From NCBI GenBank assembly GCA_044337705.1, contig JBIINB010000002.1:16920-80919 (forward strand): 64,000 nt of DNA, given 5' to 3'. Both the position numbers and the translations under genes were made by a program. The DNA is from Pirellulaceae bacterium. Lineage in GTDB: Bacteria; Planctomycetota; Planctomycetia; Pirellulales; Pirellulaceae. How positions within the stretch are numbered: position 1 is the first letter of the stretch; every line of letters begins with the position of its first letter. Below are positions 26,480 through 37,009 of this stretch, one piece after another. The notes beneath the pieces are model-generated. The model was not told where the DNA came from and did not search any database. It saw nothing but the letters and a program-made list of their open reading frames with translations.

Positions 26480-29400
26480 TGCGTGACTTGCTGAAGTGGG
26501 CCATCAAAAATGGTCCCGGTGTCAATGTGATGGTGCTGGGGACGCTGCTGGCAGGCATCGGTGCTTTTCTGCTGATGCGGCGAGAGATCTTTCCCGAATT
26601 TCAGTTGGAAGTAATCCTGGTGTCTGTGCCCTACCCAGGAGCAAGCCCGGAGGAAGTGGAAAAAGGAATCTGTCAACAGATTGAAGAGGAAGTACGTTCG
26701 CTTGCCGGCATCAAGAAACTGGTCAGCATAGCCAGGGAAGGTGGTGGCTATACGCTCATCGAACTGACCAGCAGCGTTCGCGATCCTCAGAAGGTCCTCA
26801 GCGAAGTTCGATCGGCCGTCGATCGCAAGAGTCCGTTCTTTCCGCGACGCGCTGAGAAGGCGACGGTCGAGCAGATTACCTTTCGCACTCCGGCGATTCG
26901 ACTCGCGGTGATCGGCCCAGATGACTCATCACCGGAAGCCGAGTATCGATTGCGGCAGGTGGCTGAAGAGGTGCGGGACCGTGTTCTCGACCTAAAGGAA
27001 GTTTCTCAGGCGCAGATGCTGGGGGCCAAGCCGTTTCAGATCGACGTGGAAGTCGCCGAGGAAACGCTCCGCAAATTTGGGCTCTCCCTGAACCAGATCT
27101 CGCAAATTCTCCGTCGTCAGAGCATAGAAACTCCGGGTGGACAGCTACGGACCGAGGGGCAGGAGATCCTGCTGCGCGGCAAGAACAAGCGGGAGACGCG
27201 CGAGGAAATCGAAAGGCTGCCTGTGATTTCACAGGACAACGGAGTTGTCCTGACCGTTTCGGATATCGCGGAAGTCAAAGATGAATTCGACGACGTCACG
27301 GCGATCAACGAGGTTAATGGCCAGCCAGCCATGGTGATCAGCATCGACCGCACCGCCGATGAGGATATCATCAAAATTTCCGACTCCGTACGGCAGTTTG
27401 CGGCCGCCCATCCAATCCCTGCAGGCTATACGCTACGCGTCTGGGGTGACGAAAGCATCGATGTACGCGACCGCATGCGCATGCTCGCCGAAAATGGAAC
27501 GCAAGGAGCGATCATCGTCTTTGTGATGCTGGCCCTGTTCCTCGATCTGCGTCTGGCCTTCTGGGTGTCGATGGGGATTCCGATCAGCGTCATGGGCGCC
27601 GGGATCGTTCTGCTGATGACCGGTCAGACCTTGAACATGCTCAGCATGTTCGCCTTCCTCATGGCGGTCGGCATCGTCGTCGATGATGGCATCGTGATAG
27701 GCGAGAACATCTACACGCACCGTTTGATGGGGAAATCGTTCCGACAAGCGGCGATCGACGGTGCCACCGAGGTTCTACCTTCGGTCTTTTCCAGCGTCGC
27801 CACCACCGTCGTCGCTTTCATGCCGCTGTTCTATGTCAGTGGCGTGATGGGCAAGTTCATCGCGGTCATGCCGGTAGCGATCATTGCGATGCTCCTGATT
27901 TCATTGACGGAAGCGACATTCGCGCTCCCCGGGCACCTGTCCCATGCTCCAAAGAGCAAACCTGATAACCTGGTCGAACTCTTGCTGTATGTTTTGGGAA
28001 AACCATTCCGCCCCATCGTGTGGCTCTTCGACCTCCTCCGGAAGTACTGCACCTGGCTGCTCGACTGGGTCGCCGAGTCACTGTACAAGCCTACTCTGGA
28101 ACTGACACTGAGGTATCCGCTGATTCCGATCTCGGTGGCCGTAACACTCTTTGTGCTCGCGATCGGCCTGGTGCGGTCGGGGACTGTTCCCTTCAATGCA
28201 TTTCCCAAATTGGACGGCAAGACGATTCTCTGCCAGGTCAGCTATCCCGATGGAACCCCTCCTGAGATTGCCGACGAAGCGACGCGGCGAGTCGAGCAGG
28301 CGATACGGGATGTAGGTGAGTCGATCTACCAGAAGGACCTGGCAAGCAAAGGTAAAGAAGACAAAACTCCTCTAGACCCATTGAACCCGCGAGGCCCGGT
28401 CAAGCTGACGTTTCGACAAGTAGGACAGTCGACCGGTGCAGGTGCCATGGGGTCGACCCAGAACACCAACGGCAGCCATGTGGGGCAAGTTCAGGTGGAA
28501 CTGGTGGATGCCGCCGAGCGGTCGGTGACCAGCGAGGACATCATTGCGATGTGGCGGCAGGCCGCTGGGGAGTTTCCTGGTGCCGAACGAGTTGTATTCG
28601 ACTCGGCCAACATGGGGCCTGGTGGAGCCCCTCTGGAATTCAAAGTGCTTGCCCCCAGCGACCAGCAGGCTCAGCTGGAGACGGTGGTGGAGCGATGCAA
28701 GCAGGAGCTGGCCACCTACGCAGGTGTCTTTGATATCCGCGACGATTCCAGCCCGGGAAAGGTCGAGTTCCAGATCCGCATCAAGGAGAATGCTTCGTCG
28801 CTGGGTATCACCGATGAAGAACTTTCGGAGACGATCCGCGCCGCCTACTATGGCGCGGAGGTGATGCGCCTGCAGCGAGGTCGCAATGAAGTGAAATTGA
28901 TGGTCCGGTATCCCAAGGATGAGCGGCGATCGCTGGCCAACTTCGAAGATATCCGGATCCGGGGCAGCGATGGTGGCGAACGACCCATCTCAGAACTTGC
29001 CGACATCCAGGTGACTCGCGGCTACTCCGAAATCAATCGACTGGATCAGTACCGAGCGATTACCGTCACCGCCAATCTCGACGAAAATGTCGCCAATTCC
29101 CAGCAGATCATCGGTCGACTAAAAACGGAATTCATGCCGAAGGTCGAAAGCGATTTTCGCGGTGTTCAGTTCCGCTGGGAAGGACAGGCACAAAACACCC
29201 AAGAGTCAATCACCAGTCTGGGAATCGGCTTTGCCGTAGCGATTCTGGTCATGTACGTCCTTCTGGTGCTTGAATTCCATTCGTACTTCCAGCCTTTCCT
29301 AATTCTTGTGATCATCCCGTTCGGTATCATCGGCGCCGTCTTCGGGCACGCGCTGATGGGCCTGCCGCTGACCCTTTTCAGCATGTTCGGCTTGGTATCG

Positions 29401-29805
29401 CTGACAGGGGTCGTCGTCAACGATTCGATCGTATTGTTGGACTTCATCAATCAGAAGATGAAAGAGAATCTGCCGATCAAAGAGGTGCTGCGTGAGGCAG
29501 GGGTGAGGCGTCTGCGTCCGGTATTCCTCACCAGCATCACCACCATCGCCGGCCTTCTTCCGATGCTGCTGGAAAAATCGCTGCAGGCTCAAGCACTCAT
29601 TCCGATGGCCACCAGCCTCGCCTTCGGCTTGATGATGACCACATTCCTGGTGCTCTATCAGATGCCGAATCTCTACTGGTTCTATGTCGTCATTTCGGGG
29701 TGGTTCGGGTTCGACGTCGACAAGCAGCGTCTGCAGGAGCATCGCGATGAAGTGGAGGATGGCGCGAAAGAGACAGAATCGTTGCCGCAGCCAAGCCTCG
29801 CGTGA
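26479..29805 (+). CDS. RND efflux permease (AcrB/CzcA superfamily)
   Basis: About 1100 aa with a 12-TM pattern and two large periplasmic loops. Motifs include GIVVDDGIVIGENI and VTGVVVNDSIVLLDFI. The start overlaps the adaptor stop (GTGATG at 26476-26481). Confidence 0.9.
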   Translation: MRDLLKWAIKNGPGVNVMVLGTLLAGIGAFLLMRREIFPEFQLEVILVSVPYPGASPEEVEKGICQQIEEEVRSLAGIKKLVSIAREGGGYTLIELTSSVRDPQKVLSEVRSAVDRKSPFFPRRAEKATVEQITFRTPAIRLAVIGPDDSSPEAEYRLRQVAEEVRDRVLDLKEVSQAQMLGAKPFQIDVEVAEETLRKFGLSLNQISQILRRQSIETPGGQLRTEGQEILLRGKNKRETREEIERLPVISQDNGVVLTVSDIAEVKDEFDDVTAINEVNGQPAMVISIDRTADEDIIKISDSVRQFAAAHPIPAGYTLRVWGDESIDVRDRMRMLAENGTQGAIIVFVMLALFLDLRLAFWVSMGIPISVMGAGIVLLMTGQTLNMLSMFAFLMAVGIVVDDGIVIGENIYTHRLMGKSFRQAAIDGATEVLPSVFSSVATTVVAFMPLFYVSGVMGKFIAVMPVAIIAMLLISLTEATFALPGHLSHAPKSKPDNLVELLLYVLGKPFRPIVWLFDLLRKYCTWLLDWVAESLYKPTLELTLRYPLIPISVAVTLFVLAIGLVRSGTVPFNAFPKLDGKTILCQVSYPDGTPPEIADEATRRVEQAIRDVGESIYQKDLASKGKEDKTPLDPLNPRGPVKLTFRQVGQSTGAGAMGSTQNTNGSHVGQVQVELVDAAERSVTSEDIIAMWRQAAGEFPGAERVVFDSANMGPGGAPLEFKVLAPSDQQAQLETVVERCKQELATYAGVFDIRDDSSPGKVEFQIRIKENASSLGITDEELSETIRAAYYGAEVMRLQRGRNEVKLMVRYPKDERRSLANFEDIRIRGSDGGERPISELADIQVTRGYSEINRLDQYRAITVTANLDENVANSQQIIGRLKTEFMPKVESDFRGVQFRWEGQAQNTQESITSLGIGFAVAILVMYVLLVLEFHSYFQPFLILVIIPFGIIGAVFGHALMGLPLTLFSMFGLVSLTGVVVNDSIVLLDFINQKMKENLPIKEVLREAGVRRLRPVFLTSITTIAGLLPMLLEKSLQAQALIPMATSLAFGLMMTTFLVLYQMPNLYWFYVVISGWFGFDVDKQRLQEHRDEVEDGAKETESLPQPSLA

Positions 29806-29829
29806 CAGACCGTCCACTGCGAAAAGCGT

Positions 29830-30570
29830 TTAGGCCTCTTCGATCGGGGGCAGTTCGAGCGATTCTTCGATTCGTCGGATCCTCGCATCCAGCCCGCCGA
29901 TCGCTTTTTGCAATTGCTGGACCATCTCCAAGAGTTTGGGCTCATTCAGATTCTGAGGAGCCTTGTCCGTCTCGGACGCGGACTGAGAGCTGTTATAGTC
30001 GGCGGCAGTTGTGAGCGACTGACCTTCGGCGACCGAACGCCGGAGCGCTTCCAGTTCCTCATCGAGATAAAGTTGATGAGAGACGATCTGCCCGCGTCCC
30101 GGAGGGGTCAGGTAGACCACTAGGCCAAGCTGGTGCAGCGAGGCGACATGATCCTGCAGTTCCTTCAGATCTGGAATCGGCTCCAGTCGGCTGGCGCGCG
30201 AACGCAAATCCCCTAAAGTCTGCTCGCCGCGCAACAGCAGTTCGGTCATGATCGCGGCATCCACCCGCTGAACCCCCAGCCACTGATGGCCGTTGTGCCG
30301 GATCTTGGCCACCCGTCCATGTCCGTGGATCGTCGAAACAGCTCCCATCTGCTGTAGCTGCTCGACCGTCTCTTCGATCTGTTCCTGAGTGTAGTGGCTG
30401 ACCGGCGAACGATTGTTTTTCTGGTTGCAACCTGCAAGAAGAGACAGCATGGTCATCGGGTAGGTGTCAGGCGTTGTCTTCGCCTTCTCCATTAGGGTGC
30501 CGAGGACCCTTCGTTGCCTGGGCGTCAGCGCCTTCCAGCCTGGCGACTCATTGGAGCTTGGTTCATTCAT
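29830..30570 (-). CDS. DUF480 / UPF0502 protein (YceH family)
   Basis: LTPRQRRVLGTLMEKAKTTPDTYPMTMLSLLAGCNQKNNRSPV and ELLLRGEQTLGDLRSRASRL align closely with E. coli YceH as I remember it. C-terminal coiled-coil. Confidence 0.85.
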   Translation of the reverse strand: MNEPSSNESPGWKALTPRQRRVLGTLMEKAKTTPDTYPMTMLSLLAGCNQKNNRSPVSHYTQEQIEETVEQLQQMGAVSTIHGHGRVAKIRHNGHQWLGVQRVDAAIMTELLLRGEQTLGDLRSRASRLEPIPDLKELQDHVASLHQLGLVVYLTPPGRGQIVSHQLYLDEELEALRRSVAEGQSLTTAADYNSSQSASETDKAPQNLNEPKLLEMVQQLQKAIGGLDARIRRIEESLELPPIEEA

Positions 30571-30718
30571 TGCTAGAATCCTTTCCCGTCGCAATCGGCT
30601 GATCTGTTTTGCATCTGGCCGCCAAGGGCCGGAGTTGCATTGTAGCGATTTTACCCGACGGACCTAACGCAGGGCGACCGATCGAAACTTTCACTGCCAA
30701 TGGCCTTTGGGTCTTTTC

Positions 30719-32563
30719 ATGCGCTTGATCACCTTTTCGCAAGTTCAGTTCTCCTGGCGATCCGATCCACTGCTGAAGGAGGTTGATTGGGCGATCGACT
30801 CGGGAGAGAAGGTAGGACTCCTGGGACGCAATGGCATGGGAAAGTCTACTTTCCTGAAGTTGCTCGCCGGAGAGATTCGGCCGGAGTCAGGGCAGATCCG
30901 AATGGCTCCAGGAATGAGAATTGCTCGTTTGATTCAAGAGGTGCCGCAAGGAGTCTTTGGGACGATCGAAGCCTACCTGCGGCGATCGTGGCAAAGCCGT
31001 CCGAAGGCTCTGGAAGAAGATGGCCATGCGTGGCGTGAAGATGCCGCCGTTCAGCGCGTCGTGCAACAGATGAAGCTGGATCCAGGACAGGAAGTTGCTA
31101 GCCTCTCAGCAGGCTGGCAGCGTCGCGTGCTGCTGGCCGAAGCTTTGATGGGAAAGCCCGATCTTTTGCTGCTGGACGAACCGACGAACCACCTCGATCT
31201 GGACTCGATCGAGTGGCTGGAGCAGTTTCTCAAAGGGTATGAGGGAAGCCTTGTCTTCGTGACGCACGACCGCGCTTTTCTGAGGGCGATCGCCACGCGG
31301 ATCACCGAGATCGATCGAGGGCGGCTATATGATTGGGCTTGCGATTACACGACATTCCTGCAGCGCAAAGAGAATCTCCTGGCAGCCCAGGAAAAACAGG
31401 ATGCTCTTTTCGATAAGAAGCTGGCGGCTGAAGAGGTCTGGATCCGCACCGGCATCAAGGCACGTAGGACTCGCAACGAAGGTAGAGTGCGGGCTCTGGA
31501 GTCGATGCGACGCGAACGATCGCAGCGGCAGTCTCAGGTGGGCGCGATGCGAGCTGAGGTGTCGACGTTGCGGCAGTCGGGCCAGTTGGTGATGGAATTG
31601 GAGAACGTCTCCTTCGGCTACCCCGGCAAACCGATCCTACGTGATTTTTCCACCTGGATCATGCGGGGCGACAAGATCGGTATCGTCGGAGGCAACGGAG
31701 CTGGAAAATCGACATTCATCAAGCTATTGATGGGAAATCTGCAGCCCCAGTCGGGAACCATCCGGCGTGGTACTCATCTGCAGACGCTCTATTTCGATCA
31801 ACTGCGAGAGCAGATTGATGACGAGAAGACGATCGCCGACAACGTCGCTGATGGCAACGATCAGGTGATTGTTTCCGGCAAGCCAAAGCACATCTATTCC
31901 TACCTGCAGGATTTCCTCTTTACCCCCGAGCGGGCTCGGCAACTTGCCAAGACGCTCAGTGGCGGCGAGCGGCACCGACTATTGCTGGCAAGGCTGCTAA
32001 AGCATCCGTCCAATCTGCTGGTGCTGGATGAGCCGACCAATGATTTGGACGAGGAGACGCTAGAACTGCTAGAAGCGTTGCTGGTTGATTATCAGGGGAC
32101 TCTGCTGGTGGTCAGCCACGATCGCGAGTTCCTGCAGCGGACCACCACCTCGGTGCTGGCTTTCGACCGCCAGGGAGTGCTTCGAGAGTTTGCCGGCGGC
32201 TACGACGACTACGCTCGCTACAGACAGCGCGAGCGAGAGATCGCCCAGTCGCCGGCGGACACGAACTCGGTGGCCTCACCGAAGTCGGTCTCCAGTGCGA
32301 CGACACCACCGGAAGGTTCATCCACTGGCAAGCAGGCCAAGTTGAGTTTCAAGGAACAGCGGGATCTGGAATCCCTACCGGGGAAGATCGAAGCCTTGGA
32401 GACAGAACTGACAAGCCTTCAGGTGGCGATGGGAGATGCTGCCTTCTACCAGAAACCTGCAGCACAAATTGCGGATGCGGCGGCCAGAGTCCAGGCACTG
32501 CAGAAGGAGATCGAGCAGGCATATGAGCGATGGCAGTCGCTGGAGGAACGGCGTAGCGGCTGA
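30719..32563 (+). CDS. ABC-F family ATPase (Uup-like)
   Basis: Two ABC cassettes (GRNGMGKST / LSAGWQRRVLLA / LLLDEPTNHLD, and GGNGAGKST / LSGGERHRLLLA / LVLDEPTNDLD). No TM domain. C-terminal coiled-coil. Confidence 0.88.
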   Translation: MRLITFSQVQFSWRSDPLLKEVDWAIDSGEKVGLLGRNGMGKSTFLKLLAGEIRPESGQIRMAPGMRIARLIQEVPQGVFGTIEAYLRRSWQSRPKALEEDGHAWREDAAVQRVVQQMKLDPGQEVASLSAGWQRRVLLAEALMGKPDLLLLDEPTNHLDLDSIEWLEQFLKGYEGSLVFVTHDRAFLRAIATRITEIDRGRLYDWACDYTTFLQRKENLLAAQEKQDALFDKKLAAEEVWIRTGIKARRTRNEGRVRALESMRRERSQRQSQVGAMRAEVSTLRQSGQLVMELENVSFGYPGKPILRDFSTWIMRGDKIGIVGGNGAGKSTFIKLLMGNLQPQSGTIRRGTHLQTLYFDQLREQIDDEKTIADNVADGNDQVIVSGKPKHIYSYLQDFLFTPERARQLAKTLSGGERHRLLLARLLKHPSNLLVLDEPTNDLDEETLELLEALLVDYQGTLLVVSHDREFLQRTTTSVLAFDRQGVLREFAGGYDDYARYRQREREIAQSPADTNSVASPKSVSSATTPPEGSSTGKQAKLSFKEQRDLESLPGKIEALETELTSLQVAMGDAAFYQKPAAQIADAAARVQALQKEIEQAYERWQSLEERRSG

Positions 32564-32705
32564 GATGTGCCATGCGGCACGTCGGTGACATCCGACATTT
32601 CGAATGGTTGCCAAATGCATCTTGGTCCTTGGCGTTTGGCGCGGGTATACTAGTCTTTGCCCCACCTTGGACGCTCGCCGCTATGCTCCGCACCGGAGTC
32701 CCACC

Positions 32706-35372
32706 ATGCATGCTGCTCTGTCGCTTGACTGCCTATTCATCGTCGTGGGGCAAGCCACTCGCTGCGTTCGATCTTGTGTGAAAGGCTTGATCCTTTGCTT
32801 TTGGGGGCTCATTCCATCTTCCGTTCTGGGGGAACCTCCGGTCACCTACGAAGCAGCGATTCGACCAATTCTTAAAGCACACTGCTTCCACTGCCATGGA
32901 GAGGAAACAGAGAAGCAAGGTGGGCTGGATCTGCGTCTGGTCCGAACGATGCGGCAGGGAGGTGATTCAGGCGCCGCACTGATCCCCGGTCAGGCGGACC
33001 AGAGCCTGATCTGGAAACAAATCGAAACAGCGCAGATGCCTCCCTCAGGAAAGGGGCTGAGCGATGCGGAGAAGGAGTTGCTACGGCGCTGGATCGTGGA
33101 GGGAGCCCAGACCCTGCGGTCGGAACCTGACGCCTTGCCCGAAGGTCCTCAATGGACTGAGGAAGAGCGGAGTTTCTGGTCGCTGCAGCCGGTGACGGGT
33201 CATCCCATGCCAGCGGTCGCGCCTGGTGTCTGGGTCGAATCGCCGGTGGATGCCTGGGTGGCGCTGAAGCAGCAATCCCATGAGCTTACGTTTTCCGAAT
33301 CGGCCTCGAAGACTGATTGGCTTCGTCGCATCACCTTCGATCTGCTGGGGATCCCGCCGACCTGGGAGGAGATGGAAGCCTTCAACAACGATCTTGCACC
33401 CGATGCTCAGCAACGAGTCGTCGATCGACTCCTTGCGAACCCTCGCTTTGGAGAGCGATGGGGACGCCATTGGCTGGACGTCGCGGGATATGCCGACAGC
33501 GATGGATATACCGAAGCGGACGCTCAGAGACCCTGGGCGTTTCATTATCGCGATTATGTGATTGAGGCTCACAATGCCGATCTGCCGATCGACCGATTCC
33601 TTGAGGAGCAACTCGCGGGGGATGAACTGGTATCCACCCCTTGGGAGAATCTGTCTCCTGATCAGGCTCGGCGATTGGCTGCGACTGGTTTCCTGCGGAT
33701 GGTTCCGGATGGAACAGGGCAGGAGGGGGTCGACGCCAATGTAGCACGGAATGACGTGATTGCAGAAACCATCAAGGTCGTCTCCAGCGCTGTCTTGGGC
33801 CTGACGGTTGGTTGCGCCCAGTGCCACCATCATCGGTACGATCCGATTTCACAGGAAGACTACTATCGTCTGCGTGCGGTATTTGAGCCGGGGCTGGATT
33901 GGAAGCAGTGGCGAGACCGCTCCCAGAAGCTGGTAAACCTTTGGAACGCATCCCAACGCGAACAGGCAGCGAAAGTCGATCAGGAGTTATCCGAGCTGGA
34001 GGGGAAGCGAGTCGGCGAACTGGATGGGATTGTCCAGGAGGTATTCGAAAAGGAATTGGCGAAGCTTCCCGAGGCGACGCGGGAGCCCGCCAAGGTGGCT
34101 CGCAATACCCCTGCCGACAAGCGGACCGACGAGCAGAAGAAGCTGATGCAAGATTTTCCCAGCCTGAACGTCGATCGCGGCAGTGTCTATCTGTACGAAG
34201 GTCAGCGATTGCAGGAGTTCAATAAGCGGTATGAGCAGCTGCAAAACGAACTGCGGGGCAAACGACCTTCGGAGAACTTCGTCGCCTGTTTTTCAGAAGT
34301 ACCGGGGCACCAGCCACCGACGTATAGGTTCTTTCGTGGCGATTTCCAGCAGCCCAGAGAAGTGATTGCCCCAGGGGGCCTGAGCGTTCTCGGTGAAGAC
34401 GATCGTATCGCCGATGACGATGCCCAGCTTCCCACCAGCGGCCGCCGGCTGGCACTCATTCGCAACTGGACATCCGGGACCCACCCGCTGGTGACTCGCG
34501 TCCAGGCCAATCGACTTTGGGCACCTCTGTTCGGCCGTGGCATCGTGGCGACTCCGGGCGATTTCGGGCGACTGGGAGAAGCTCCCAGTCACCCCGAACT
34601 GCTCGATTGGATGGCAAAGGAATTGGTGCTCCGAGGCTGGAGTCGCAAGCAGATGCTTCGCGAACTGCTGCTCTCCCGTACCTATGGCCAGTCGTCGAAT
34701 CGTACGGCAGCCGCATCCCAGTTGGATCCCGAAAACACATGGCTCAGCCACCAAAGGCTAAGGCGTCTGGAGACCGAATCGATCCGCGATTCGATGCTGG
34801 CGGCAAGCGGCATGTTGCAAGTCGATCGGGGCGGGCCGGCAGCTTCGGTGAATCCTGACGAAGTCGGCCAGTTCATCGTCGGCAAGGCAACTCGCGACGG
34901 TAACGGGATTCTGGTGGCCAAGCGGGAAGAGGCTCCTGAGCTTTACCGGCGAAGTATCTACATCGAAGTGCGGCGTTCGATGCCACTGGGGATGCTGGAG
35001 CCCTTTGATCCAGCGGCCAGCGAGCCCAATTGCGAACGGCGTTCGGTCTCGACTGTCGCGCCGCAGTCACTGTTGCTGATGAACCACGGCGAAGTGATTC
35101 GCTTGTCCGAAGCTTTTGCCAAACGGGTACGTCGCGAAGCAGGGGAGGATCCTCACGACCAGATCCGCCATGCGTGGCGCGTTGCCCTGGGGCGAGAGCC
35201 GCCCGAGGATCTTCTGTCCGATGCAGCCGATTGGCTGAAGACGTGGAAGCCGGATCCCGTGGCAGATCCAGCCAGTGCAGCTCCTCCTGAGGCGATCGAT
35301 CCGGCCTTGCAGCCCCTGGCGCTCTACTGTCAGGCGATCTTCTCGTCCAATCCTTTCCTTTATATCGACTGA
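32706..35372 (+). CDS. PSCyt-type cytochrome c domain + DUF1549 + DUF1553 protein
   Basis: CFHCH (CxxCH) at 32883-32897. RITFDLLGIPPT, CAQCHHHRYDPI and the GDFG...P.HPELLDWMA region are typical of DUF1549/DUF1553. Signal-like N-terminus. Confidence 0.85.
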   Translation: MHAALSLDCLFIVVGQATRCVRSCVKGLILCFWGLIPSSVLGEPPVTYEAAIRPILKAHCFHCHGEETEKQGGLDLRLVRTMRQGGDSGAALIPGQADQSLIWKQIETAQMPPSGKGLSDAEKELLRRWIVEGAQTLRSEPDALPEGPQWTEEERSFWSLQPVTGHPMPAVAPGVWVESPVDAWVALKQQSHELTFSESASKTDWLRRITFDLLGIPPTWEEMEAFNNDLAPDAQQRVVDRLLANPRFGERWGRHWLDVAGYADSDGYTEADAQRPWAFHYRDYVIEAHNADLPIDRFLEEQLAGDELVSTPWENLSPDQARRLAATGFLRMVPDGTGQEGVDANVARNDVIAETIKVVSSAVLGLTVGCAQCHHHRYDPISQEDYYRLRAVFEPGLDWKQWRDRSQKLVNLWNASQREQAAKVDQELSELEGKRVGELDGIVQEVFEKELAKLPEATREPAKVARNTPADKRTDEQKKLMQDFPSLNVDRGSVYLYEGQRLQEFNKRYEQLQNELRGKRPSENFVACFSEVPGHQPPTYRFFRGDFQQPREVIAPGGLSVLGEDDRIADDDAQLPTSGRRLALIRNWTSGTHPLVTRVQANRLWAPLFGRGIVATPGDFGRLGEAPSHPELLDWMAKELVLRGWSRKQMLRELLLSRTYGQSSNRTAAASQLDPENTWLSHQRLRRLETESIRDSMLAASGMLQVDRGGPAASVNPDEVGQFIVGKATRDGNGILVAKREEAPELYRRSIYIEVRRSMPLGMLEPFDPAASEPNCERRSVSTVAPQSLLLMNHGEVIRLSEAFAKRVRREAGEDPHDQIRHAWRVALGREPPEDLLSDAADWLKTWKPDPVADPASAAPPEAIDPALQPLALYCQAIFSSNPFLYID

Positions 35373-35379
35373 TCATCCC

Positions 35380-36840
35380 ATGGAAGCCGATAACCTCCTT
35401 CGTTCCTCGCGGCGGCATTTCCTCGCGCAGCATTCGATCGCCGGTGGCTTTCTGATGCTGGCCAGTGCCGTCGACCGCTCGGCCTCCGCTCTTCCTCCCA
35501 AGCCGAATCTGGAACCGCCGCAGTGGGATCTGCTTCCCAAAAAACCGCACCATGCGCCGCAGGCCAAGGCGATGATCTCGATGTTCATGCAAGGAGGCCC
35601 TAGCCACATCGATCTTTTTGATCGCAAGCCGGAAGTGGAGAAGCGGCATGGTCAGAACTACACGGGGGACCTCAAGTACGATAACGCAGCCGAGTCGAGT
35701 GCGAAGATCTGGTCCGGACCTTGGAAATGGCGAAGGTTCGGTCAGAGCGGAATGGAGTTGAGCGAATTGATTCCCCACTTCGGCTCGATCGCCGATGAAA
35801 TCACGTTGATTCGATCGATGCGCACGGCGGTCAACAACCATGGCCAGTCGATCTATGCCATGCACCACGGACGCATCACGGCTGGCCGACCCGTCCTGGG
35901 AGCCTGGCTGACTTTTGGGCTGGGTAGCGAAAGTCAGCAGCTTCCCGCATTCGTCGTGCTCACCGATCCAGGTGGACTTCCCGTTCTGGGCACCGACTGC
36001 TGGTCGAATGGTTGGCTACCCAGTCAGTTTCAAGGGACGGTGATCCGCCCCAAGGAACCTCGCATCCTGAATCTTGATCCCCCGCCTCATCTAGCAGGCT
36101 CGCCTCAGCGAGCCTATCTGGAGCAGTTGCAGAAGATCAATGCCCGCCACCTCCAGGACCATCCGGGGGAGACCGATCTGTCCGCACGCATCGGAACCCT
36201 TGCCCTGGCAGAAGCGATGCAATCAGCCGCCAAAGAGGCTCTTGATATCCACCGCGAGACGGCCGCGACCCATCGCCTGTATGGGCTCGATCAGGAGCCG
36301 ACCCGCGAGTTCGGCACGCGCTGCCTGATCGCACGGAGATTGATCGAGCGAGGTGTTCGCTTCGTGCAGCTATACACCTCCACCCAGCAATGGGACCACC
36401 ATGGAAACATCACCGAAGGACTTCCAGCGGCATGCCGCAAAGTTGATCAGCCCGCCGCTGCCCTCGTCAAGGATCTGAAAGACCGTGGGATGCTGGATGA
36501 AACGATCGTCCACTGGGGCGGTGAGATGGGAAGATTGCCGGTGATTCAGAATGAAAAGAATGTCGGGCGGGACCACAACACCTATGGATTCAGCTCCTGG
36601 ATCGCCGGAGGCGGATTCCGCAAGGGATATGTACACGGAGCGACCGACGAGTTCGGTTATCAGGCGATAGAGGATGTGGTACATCATTATGATTACCACG
36701 CCACGCTGCTACACCTTTTTGGGCTGGACCCCACAAGGCTGGTTTTCGCGAGGCCCGGAGGCGTCGGCACTCTCTTGGATGGTCAGCCAGGTCAGATCGC
36801 CGCAAAACTACTGGAACGGCCACCGACCTCCGTAGGCTGA
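35380..36840 (+). CDS. DUF1501 protein (sulfatase/alkaline-phosphatase superfamily) with a TAT signal
   Basis: SSRRHFLAQHSIAGGFLMLASAV twin-arginine signal. MFMQGGPSHIDLFD, HWGGEMGRLP and GRDHN motifs. The gene starts 8 nt after the PSCyt gene stop. Confidence 0.88.
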   Translation: MEADNLLRSSRRHFLAQHSIAGGFLMLASAVDRSASALPPKPNLEPPQWDLLPKKPHHAPQAKAMISMFMQGGPSHIDLFDRKPEVEKRHGQNYTGDLKYDNAAESSAKIWSGPWKWRRFGQSGMELSELIPHFGSIADEITLIRSMRTAVNNHGQSIYAMHHGRITAGRPVLGAWLTFGLGSESQQLPAFVVLTDPGGLPVLGTDCWSNGWLPSQFQGTVIRPKEPRILNLDPPPHLAGSPQRAYLEQLQKINARHLQDHPGETDLSARIGTLALAEAMQSAAKEALDIHRETAATHRLYGLDQEPTREFGTRCLIARRLIERGVRFVQLYTSTQQWDHHGNITEGLPAACRKVDQPAAALVKDLKDRGMLDETIVHWGGEMGRLPVIQNEKNVGRDHNTYGFSSWIAGGGFRKGYVHGATDEFGYQAIEDVVHHYDYHATLLHLFGLDPTRLVFARPGGVGTLLDGQPGQIAAKLLERPPTSVG

Positions 36841-37009
36841 TGCATCAACGTATCCGCCACAGTAGCCTCCAACTCCAAGTGCTGGCAATCAGCAGTATCT
36901 TCTCGGATGAAGGAAGTCATTCTAATCGTCATCAGAATGTTCAGTGGCGGCTCTAAGCTTGTGGCCTGATCATGGTACGCCGCAATTCCTAGGAGAATAT
37001 CGATGCAAT

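Noticed and set aside
34873-35868. 331-aa minus-strand ORF.
   Set aside because: It is antisense to the junction of the DUF1553 and DUF1501 genes, which carry clear family motifs. Its composition is Arg-rich junk.
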